Shown: in pieces, positions 56,991-64,000 of the stretch
How the letters are laid out: each line of letters starts with the position of its first letter
Numbering within the stretch: the first letter of the stretch is position 1
Assembly: GCF_031409475.1 (NCBI RefSeq)
Contig: NZ_JANNXH010000004.1
Location: forward strand, 7,314-71,313
Length of the DNA: 64,000 nt
Reading direction: 5' to 3'
DNA from: Flavobacterium sp.
GTDB taxonomy: Bacteria > Bacteroidota > Bacteroidia > Flavobacteriales > Flavobacteriaceae
The notes under the pieces: generated by a model
Database searches by the model: none
The model's input: only the letters and a program-made list of their open reading frames with translations
Told to the model about the DNA's origin: nothing
Made by a program: the position numbers and the translations under genes

Positions 56991-57911
56991 ATGAATAACA
57001 AGGAAGGCAATAACAATAAAAGCGGCGGCAGAGCAAACAGTTCTAGACCAAGCTCGAATAAGCCAAAACCTGCCATGGCAAAGCGTGCCCAAGGTCCAAA
57101 AAAAGAAAAACCAACCCGAACTAGCGGAAAAAAAATTGAAGCCGCGGTTACTGACAAAGTAGAGAAAAAACCAAATCAAGCTCCAAAAAGACCAAAAGTA
57201 AAAGACGAAATTCGTCTAAATAAATACATCGCCAACTCTGGCGCTTGTTCCCGTCGTGATGCCGATATTTACATACAATCCGGAACAGTTAAGGTAAACG
57301 GAATTCCAGTTACCGAAATGGGATATATGGTAAAACCCGGTGATGTCGTGAATTTTGATGGTGCGACTTTAACTCCTGAGAAAAAAGTGTATATCTTATT
57401 GAATAAACCTAAAAATTTTACTACAGCACTTGACGAAGGTCAGGAATATCGTAATGTTTTAGAATTAGTAAAAGGTTCAACTACCTCAAAAATTGGCGCT
57501 GTTGGTCGTATGGATAAGAACACAACAGGATTATTGTTGTTTACTAATGATACCGATATGATTCGTAAATTTACTTTACCAACAAACAAATCATCAAAAA
57601 TATACCAAGTTTCATTAGATAAAAACCTCAAATTCGAGGATTTAGAAAAAATCAACAAAGGACTTGTTCTTGACGGACATCGCGTATTTGTAGAAGATGT
57701 AAGCTATGTTGAAGGCGAAGCAAAAAGTGAAATTGGGATCCAACTTCGCTCTGCAAATGTGAAGGTTGTACGTTCTATTTTTGAACATTTTAGTTATGAC
57801 GTTTTGAGAATTGACCGAGTTGCATTTGCAGGTTTGACCAAAAAGAATTTACCTCGTGGCAACTGGAGACTGCTTACAGATCAAGAAATTATCAATTTAA
57901 AGAACGTATAA
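56991..57911 (+). CDS. rRNA pseudouridine synthase (RsuA/RluB family) with S4 domain
   Basis: RLNKYIANSGACSRRDAD, LLNKPK, VGRMD, LLLFTND; promoter TATCTTTG at 56853. Confidence 0.88.
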   Translation: MNNKEGNNNKSGGRANSSRPSSNKPKPAMAKRAQGPKKEKPTRTSGKKIEAAVTDKVEKKPNQAPKRPKVKDEIRLNKYIANSGACSRRDADIYIQSGTVKVNGIPVTEMGYMVKPGDVVNFDGATLTPEKKVYILLNKPKNFTTALDEGQEYRNVLELVKGSTTSKIGAVGRMDKNTTGLLLFTNDTDMIRKFTLPTNKSSKIYQVSLDKNLKFEDLEKINKGLVLDGHRVFVEDVSYVEGEAKSEIGIQLRSANVKVVRSIFEHFSYDVLRIDRVAFAGLTKKNLPRGNWRLLTDQEIINLKNV

Positions 57912-57932
57912 CAATTCTTTTAAATACATATT

Positions 57933-57961
57933 CAATCCCATTCGTTTAGGCAAATGGGATT
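57933..57961 (+). terminator. Intrinsic terminator after the pseudouridine synthase gene
   Basis: AATCCCATT..AATGGGATT followed by a T-run. Confidence 0.6.
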
Positions 57962-57988
57962 TTTTTAATCAAAAAAAAACTAATTTAT

Positions 57989-58351
57989 ATGTCACCTGAA
58001 AAATTACAGTCTATAGCTTTCAAATGGTTCGAAGCTTTCAACAATCATAATTTAGAACAACTTTTATCATTATATGATGATGATGCCGAACATTTTAGCC
58101 CAAAATTAAAAATCAGAAAACCGGAAACTAATGGTTTAATAACTGGAAAACAAGGGTTGCGCGTATGGTGGCAAGATGCTTTTGATAGACTACCAACTTT
58201 AAATTATAAAGTAACTTCGCTAACCGCAAATTCAGATCGTGTTTTTATGGAATACATTCGTACCGCAGCGGATGAACCCGATATGTTAGTTGCCGAAGTT
58301 TTAGAAATAAAAGAAGAAAAAATTGTATTTTCGAGAGTGTATCACGGATAA
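57989..58351 (+). CDS. NTF2/SnoaL-like protein
   Basis: WFEAFNNHNLEQLLSLYDDDA..HFSP..EVLEIKEEKIVFSRVYH. Confidence 0.85.
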   Translation: MSPEKLQSIAFKWFEAFNNHNLEQLLSLYDDDAEHFSPKLKIRKPETNGLITGKQGLRVWWQDAFDRLPTLNYKVTSLTANSDRVFMEYIRTAADEPDMLVAEVLEIKEEKIVFSRVYHG

Positions 58352-58421
58352 ATTTTATAAAATATTTAACAAAAAACCACCCGTAATAAATTAGATTTAC
58401 TAAAAATTTAACTTTTTAAAC

Positions 58422-60188
58422 ATGAGAAAAATAGCGTCTTTATTGATTGTCATCATTACATCAATTGTATTGGTAAACTGCAAGTCCGAAGAGAAAAAAC
58501 AAGATTTTACTGCTTTAACAAAAAATTATTTTAATGCAAAAAATGTATTGAACCCATTAGCAGCAACTCAAAACGGACAAAATGAATATAACGATCAGTT
58601 GCCATTTGAAATGACTGATGAGTTTAGAAAATCTCAAGCGGATTTTTATAAAAAATTTGAAAAAGCACTAGCCGAAATCAATGAAAAACAACTAACCGAA
58701 GAAGAAAAAAACAGCTACGAAATCATCAAATGGGAAATTGAAGAAGGTAAATCACTCTTAAAAATACCAACAAATCTAATGCCTATTAACCAATTTAATG
58801 GAGTGCATTTAACCATGGGACAATTTGCTAGTGGATCTAGTGCTCAACCATTTAAAACAGAAAAAGACTATGCCAATTTTTTAATTAGATTAGAAAAATA
58901 TTCAGTTTGGGTCGATTCTACAATTGTTTATATGAAAAAAGGAATTAAAGAAGAAGTGGTTTTACCAAAAGCATTAACTGAAAAACTTATTCCTCAATTT
59001 GCTGAAATTCCAACATCAAAAATAGAAGACAATCTTTATTATTCGGCTATAAAATTAATGCCATCTACATTTTCTGACGAAGTTAAAAAAGATTTAACTG
59101 CAAAATATACTGCTATTATAAACGATAAATTGAATCCACAGTTTATTAAAATGGCAACTTTTTTGAAAAACGAATACCTTCCTGCATCAAGATCAACAAG
59201 TGGAATTGGCAGTTTTAAATTTGGAAAAGAGTTGTATGCCGTTTATGCAAAACAATGGACCACTACAGAAATGACTCCAGAGGAAATCCATAATTTAGGA
59301 TTAAGTGAAGTGTCCAGAATAACTAGCGAAATGGAAAAAGTAAAAGCGCAAGTAGGATTTAAAGGAACATTGAAGGAATTTTTTACAGAAGTTAGAAGCA
59401 AACCAGAATTAATACCATTCAAAAAACCAGAGGAAGTAATTGCAAATTTTGAACGCATTTACAGTGTTGTAAAACCTAATGTTGACAAATTATTCTCGCT
59501 ACAACCTAAAACAAAATTTGAGGTTAGAAGAACCGAGGCTTTTAGAGAAAAATCAGCAAGTGCCGAATATTTACAAGGCACAGCCGATGGTTCACGACCA
59601 GGTGTTTTTTATGTTCCTATCCCAGATGTAACTTCATACAACACTTATGGAGACGAAGCTTTATTTCTACATGAAGCAGTTCCTGGTCATCATTTTCAAG
59701 TTTCGTTACAGCAAGAAAGCACAACATTACCAGATTTTAGAAAATACAACTGGTTTGGCGCTTATGGCGAAGGCTGGGCTTTGTACACAGAAAGTTTAGG
59801 AAAAGAACTTGGCGTTTATACTGATCCCTATCAATATTTTGGAATGTTAGGTAAAGAAATGCACCGCGCAATTCGACTGGTTGTGGACACTGGAATACAT
59901 TCAAAAGGATGGACGAGAGAACAAGCTATAAAATATTCTTTAGAAAATGAAGCCAATAGCGAAGCAAGCATTATTGCCGAGATTGAACGTTATATGTCCT
60001 ATCCTGGACAAGCATTATCTTATAAAATAGGACAGCTTAAAATTAAAGAGTTGCGTAAAAAAGCAGAAACTAAAATGGGTGCTCAATTCGATATCAAAAA
60101 ATTTCACGAAAAAGTATTAGAATCCGGAGTTATGCCACTAGCGTTACTTGAAAACAAGATTAATCTTTGGATAGAGGAAACTAAATAA
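58422..60188 (+). CDS. DUF885 family lipoprotein (putative metallopeptidase)
   Basis: Lipobox LVNC, HEAVPGHHFQ, EGWALYTE, RAIRLVVDTGIH, PGQALSY. Confidence 0.88.
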   Translation: MRKIASLLIVIITSIVLVNCKSEEKKQDFTALTKNYFNAKNVLNPLAATQNGQNEYNDQLPFEMTDEFRKSQADFYKKFEKALAEINEKQLTEEEKNSYEIIKWEIEEGKSLLKIPTNLMPINQFNGVHLTMGQFASGSSAQPFKTEKDYANFLIRLEKYSVWVDSTIVYMKKGIKEEVVLPKALTEKLIPQFAEIPTSKIEDNLYYSAIKLMPSTFSDEVKKDLTAKYTAIINDKLNPQFIKMATFLKNEYLPASRSTSGIGSFKFGKELYAVYAKQWTTTEMTPEEIHNLGLSEVSRITSEMEKVKAQVGFKGTLKEFFTEVRSKPELIPFKKPEEVIANFERIYSVVKPNVDKLFSLQPKTKFEVRRTEAFREKSASAEYLQGTADGSRPGVFYVPIPDVTSYNTYGDEALFLHEAVPGHHFQVSLQQESTTLPDFRKYNWFGAYGEGWALYTESLGKELGVYTDPYQYFGMLGKEMHRAIRLVVDTGIHSKGWTREQAIKYSLENEANSEASIIAEIERYMSYPGQALSYKIGQLKIKELRKKAETKMGAQFDIKKFHEKVLESGVMPLALLENKINLWIEETK

Positions 60189-60192
60189 TAAA

Positions 60193-60894
60193 ATGAAAAT
60201 CAACTTATTTTATATATCATTGTTGTTCTTTGTGAGTTATAATAGTAACTCACAAAGAATTAGTGATATCGTTGATCCTTTTTCTTCGAATACCACTTTA
60301 TTTAAAAACAGTAACCAAAACAAAACAGCTTTAAATAAAATAGAAGGCTCACCCTATCTCATTGAAGAATTTAGATCTGCAAGTATTTCAGGAATTGCTC
60401 AAAAACTAATGATTCGATACAATGCATTTACTGATATAATTGAAGTGCAAAATGAAAATAAAGAACTGTTTTCGCTTACAAAATCCAATCCATTTAATAA
60501 TATCGAAATTGTTTTAATCCCTAATAAAATTAAACTTATAAATTATTTGGCTAAAGGAAATGCATTTTTTGGATATTTATTCGAAATATACAATCAAGAA
60601 AATCTTGCATTATATCGAAGAGACCGCATTACACTCAAAAAAGGAAAAGAAGCTAGTAATTCATACCAAGTAGCCACTGAAACGATGTATGTTAAAGAAA
60701 ATGTAGAATACTATATTAGTTTTAAAAATGAAACTGCGCTGCAAATGGTCAAAAACAAAAAAGAGCTTGAGGCAATATTTCCAAATCATAAACAAGAAAT
60801 TGAGATTTTTTTAAAAAATAATAATTACTCTTTTAAAAAAGAGCAAGATTTAATCGAAATCGCAAAATTTATTACAACATTAATAATTAAATAA
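60193..60894 (+). CDS. Secreted hypothetical protein, paralog A
   Basis: Signal peptide; IEGSPY, RYNAFTDIIEVQ, KNKKELEAIFP, NYSFKKEQDL shared with the next gene. Confidence 0.75.
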   Translation: MKINLFYISLLFFVSYNSNSQRISDIVDPFSSNTTLFKNSNQNKTALNKIEGSPYLIEEFRSASISGIAQKLMIRYNAFTDIIEVQNENKELFSLTKSNPFNNIEIVLIPNKIKLINYLAKGNAFFGYLFEIYNQENLALYRRDRITLKKGKEASNSYQVATETMYVKENVEYYISFKNETALQMVKNKKELEAIFPNHKQEIEIFLKNNNYSFKKEQDLIEIAKFITTLIIK

Positions 60895-60921
60895 GTCAAA
60901 CTAATTAAAACTTGAAAAATC

Positions 60922-61662
60922 ATGAAAAAACTAATTACAACAACGGTATTTATTTTTATTGCTTTTTTTAATGCAACCTCTCAAGAACAAGTCTATAAAG
61001 ATTTTGGCCCATTAGTAAATAATCCAGCTATCCGAAATTACAATACGAAATTTGACGCAAATATGTTCGAAAAAAGAACAGACAATAACTCAATTGTAAA
61101 AAATTATAGCGACATTGAAGGAACTCCTTATATATTTGAAACATTTATGCTTGGAGAAATTTTAAACGACAATCAACAATTGATGATGCGTTATAATGCA
61201 GTAACAGACGAAGTTGAAATTCAAAAAACTGAAAACAATAATGTTACACTACTAAAAGACAATCAGTTTAATACTATATTGATGAATTTTGGAAAATACA
61301 AACTACGCCTTTTAAATTATAGAAACTATAAAAGTGAAGGAGTTTATGGCTATCTCGTTGAACTATTTAATTCAGACACTTTTACCTTATTACGTAAAGA
61401 TAAAATAATATTAGTAGGCGAAAAAGTAGCAAAAACAACCTTCGAAACTTCTTATCCGCCCAAATTTGTTAAAGCCAAAAATGAATATTATTTAGAAAAA
61501 AAAGACAAAACAATAGTTCTAGTCCCTAAAAACAAAAAAGAACTTGAAGCTCTTTTCCCAGATCAAAAAGATAAAATAGCAGTTTTTTTCAAAAACAAAA
61601 ACTACTCCTTTAAAGAAGAGCAGGACTTAATTGAAATAACTAAATTTTTAACTACATTTTAA
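60922..61662 (+). CDS. Secreted hypothetical protein, paralog B
   Basis: Signal peptide; IEGTPY, RYNAVTDEVEIQ, KNKKELEALFP, NYSFKEEQDL. Confidence 0.75.
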   Translation: MKKLITTTVFIFIAFFNATSQEQVYKDFGPLVNNPAIRNYNTKFDANMFEKRTDNNSIVKNYSDIEGTPYIFETFMLGEILNDNQQLMMRYNAVTDEVEIQKTENNNVTLLKDNQFNTILMNFGKYKLRLLNYRNYKSEGVYGYLVELFNSDTFTLLRKDKIILVGEKVAKTTFETSYPPKFVKAKNEYYLEKKDKTIVLVPKNKKELEALFPDQKDKIAVFFKNKNYSFKEEQDLIEITKFLTTF

Positions 61663-61736
61663 AAAATTTAAAAAAAAAGAGATTTACGTTTTAAAAGCGA
61701 AACTTAAGTTTAAAATAGTTTGCTAAACTCTAAATT

Positions 61737-61769
61737 AAAATTCCGTTCATTCAAAATGAACGGAATTTT
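61737..61769 (+). terminator. Intrinsic terminator
   Basis: AAAATTCCGTTCATT-caa-AATGAACGGAATTTT followed by a T-run. Confidence 0.8.
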
Positions 61770-61923
61770 TTTTATAATAATATTTTAAACGTTTTATAAC
61801 TTATTAACTATAACGATTGAATTTAGACAAAACCCTTAAATTTATTAAATTGTGAAAAAATAGTGCGAAAAAAGAGAAACTGTTGATTAAATTTAAGCCT
61901 TAATAACGAAAAATTCAATAATT

Positions 61924-63999
61924 ATGAAAAAACTCCTTTTACTCCTATTTGTAATTACTATTTCATCTCACACTATTCAGTCTCAAAATAATAAAACAGA
62001 AATAGACCAAAAAGTGTCATCGCTACTTGCAAAAATGAGTATCGAAGAAAAAATTGGTCAAATGACTCAAATTACGGTTACCCATTTTGAAAACAAAGAA
62101 AATCCAGGTGTTTTGGTTCTCGCAAAACTTAAAGAAGGGATACAGAATTATCATATTGGCTCCATATTAAATGTTCCAAATCCGGGTGCACCAACAATAA
62201 CTAAATGGAACGAACTACTAACTAAAATAAGTAACGAATCAAATTCTACTCGATTAAAAATTCCCATTTTGTATGGTATAGATGCGATACATGGCTCAAG
62301 CTACACATCTGGCGCAACATTATTTCCACAACAAATAGGAATGGCAGCTACATTCAACACAGCAATTGCAAAAAAGTGTTCCGAAATTTCTGCTTATGAA
62401 ACTCGCGCTTCCTCCATTCCTTGGGTTTTTTCACCAGATTTAGACTTGCCTAGAAACCCTGCTTGGTCCAGATTATGGGAATCCTTTGGAGAAGACGTTT
62501 ATTTATCAACCCAAATGGGTGTAGCAATGGTTGAAGGCTTCGAAGGAAACGATGTAGGCTCAAAATACAATGTTGCTTCGTGCATGAAACATTATATTGG
62601 CTACGGAAGTGCTACAACAGGAAAAGACAGAACGCCCAGTATAATTCCAGAACGCATATTAAGACAATATGATTTAACAATTTACGAAGCAGCAATCAAA
62701 GCAGGTTCAAAGAGTATTATGATAAACTCTGGCGAAATAAACGGAACTCCTGTTCATGCTAGCAAACAATTAATTACCGATATTTTGAAAAAAGAACTCA
62801 ATTTTCAAGGTGTTGTTGTTACAGATTGGAAGGATATAATAAATCTTTACACCAGAGATAAAGTGGCCGAAAGTAATAGAGATGCCGTTCGGATTTCTGT
62901 ACTCGCCGGAATAGACATGAGCATGGTTCCGGAAGAATATTCGTTTTATACTGATTTATTAGATCTAGTTGCCAAAGGTGAAGTGCCAATATCTCGAATT
63001 GACGATGCCGTTTCGAGAATTTTAAAGATGAAATTTGAATTAAATTTGTTCCAAAGCACAGTGGCTAATTTAAACGATTATCCAAAGTTTGGTTCTCAAG
63101 AGTTTATTGACGAATCTTATAAAGCAGCTGCTGAATCCATCACTTTATTAAAAAACAATAATGCAGTTTTACCGCTGAATAAAGCCGATAAAGTTTTAAT
63201 AACAGGTCCAACAGCAAACAGTATGAAATCACTAAACGGCGGATGGACATACACTTGGCAAGGCGAAAACGCTGACGAAATAGCTATTGATAAAATGACT
63301 ATTCTAGAAGCGTTGCAAAACAAAATTGGAAAAGAAAATGTGCTCTATTCCAAAGGCGCTGATCTAATTAATTTTGATGATTCCGAAATTGAAAAAACAG
63401 TTGAATTAGCTAAAAATGCAACAAAAATAATTTTATGTTTGGGTGAAAAAAACTATACCGAAACTCCAGGCGATATTAACAATTTATTTATAACTGCTTC
63501 ACAATCAAAATTAGCAATAGCCTTATCAAAATTAAACAAACCCATAATATTAGTCTTGAACGAAGGTAGACCAAGATTAATTAGTGATTTTGAAGAAAAC
63601 ATGAGTGCAATAGTACAATGTTATTTACCAGGAAACGAAGGCGGGAGAGCATTAGTAGCTATTTTAAATGGAGATGTAAATCCAAGCGGTCGATTGCCTT
63701 ACAACTATCCTAGATATCCAAATTCATTAGAAAAATACAATCGAAAACATTCCGAAAGTGTAAGCGATGAAGAACGAGCTAATGATGCTAAATATGAAAA
63801 AAGCTATTCGCCACAATTTGAGTTTGGAACGGGCTTATCTTACACCACTTTTACTTATTCGAACTTAAAAATCGATAACTCAGAAATAAGCAACACAGAT
63901 GATTTAACCGTTACCGTTGATGTCAAAAACACAGGAAAGGCAATCGGAAAGGAAGCAGTATTACTCTACCTTTCGGATAAAGTAGCAAGTATTACGCCC
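61924..63999 (+). CDS. GH3 beta-glucosidase (BglX-like), 3' end outside the window
   Basis: Signal peptide, EEKIGQMTQ, YGIDAIHG, WSRLWESFGED, MKHY, VVTDWKD, PSGRLP, FEFGTGLSYTTF.YSNL; missed by the ORF track. Confidence 0.9.
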   Translation, partial: MKKLLLLLFVITISSHTIQSQNNKTEIDQKVSSLLAKMSIEEKIGQMTQITVTHFENKENPGVLVLAKLKEGIQNYHIGSILNVPNPGAPTITKWNELLTKISNESNSTRLKIPILYGIDAIHGSSYTSGATLFPQQIGMAATFNTAIAKKCSEISAYETRASSIPWVFSPDLDLPRNPAWSRLWESFGEDVYLSTQMGVAMVEGFEGNDVGSKYNVASCMKHYIGYGSATTGKDRTPSIIPERILRQYDLTIYEAAIKAGSKSIMINSGEINGTPVHASKQLITDILKKELNFQGVVVTDWKDIINLYTRDKVAESNRDAVRISVLAGIDMSMVPEEYSFYTDLLDLVAKGEVPISRIDDAVSRILKMKFELNLFQSTVANLNDYPKFGSQEFIDESYKAAAESITLLKNNNAVLPLNKADKVLITGPTANSMKSLNGGWTYTWQGENADEIAIDKMTILEALQNKIGKENVLYSKGADLINFDDSEIEKTVELAKNATKIILCLGEKNYTETPGDINNLFITASQSKLAIALSKLNKPIILVLNEGRPRLISDFEENMSAIVQCYLPGNEGGRALVAILNGDVNPSGRLPYNYPRYPNSLEKYNRKHSESVSDEERANDAKYEKSYSPQFEFGTGLSYTTFTYSNLKIDNSEISNTDDLTVTVDVKNTGKAIGKEAVLLYLSDKVASITP

Positions 64000-64000
64000 G

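Noticed and set aside
61786-61795. AAACGTTT palindrome upstream of the GH3 gene as a LacI-type operator
   Set aside because: Only 8 bp in very AT-rich DNA, and not similar enough to the two starch-locus candidates.
7151-63323. Numerous 60-140 aa ORFs overlapping longer genes on the opposite strand or in another frame
   Set aside because: They are fully nested in confidently assigned genes and carry no recognisable motifs.

Overview
A 64-kb chromosomal window from a Bacteroidota bacterium, almost certainly a Flavobacterium (AT-rich, TAnnTTTG -7 promoters, T9SS cargo proteins, SusC/D system, mevalonate pathway). Left to right it holds: a >1,980-aa secreted multi-domain surface protein running off the left edge (missed by the ORF track); comEC; a PIN-family toxin-antitoxin (TA) pair; a thioredoxin-like gene and two POT peptide transporters; HMG-CoA reductase and a GHMP kinase; the coaX-OMP-lptC-CNNM-ppiD cluster; tRNA-Phe; an MFS/acs cluster; a complete starch/maltose utilisation locus (GH13-T9SS, susE/D/C, lacI, MFS, pgmB, GH65, GH13, GH31, GH13); an HI0933 flavoprotein; a type-B T9SS repeat protein; tspO; mvaD-[TA]-mvk-ubiA-like; a pseudouridine synthase; SnoaL; DUF885; two paralogous hypotheticals; and a GH3 gene running off the right edge. 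The most unusual structure is a 1.5-kb nested element downstream of tRNA-Phe. There, a repeat unit (tRNA 3' end, terminator, small GIY-YIG nuclease) is present twice. The duplicated tRNA 3' half is split in its T-loop by a short CCCGA/TCGGG palindromic repeat, and that repeat is split at G^TT by a parDE module ending in an attC-like hairpin. No integrase or transposase is visible in the window. A second TA pair sits between diverged 77-78 bp copies of the comEC 3' end, and a third sits inside the mevalonate operon. The same palindromic repeat appears to be inserted in-frame in mvaD. All calls come from reading the sequence and motif recall; no database searches were run.
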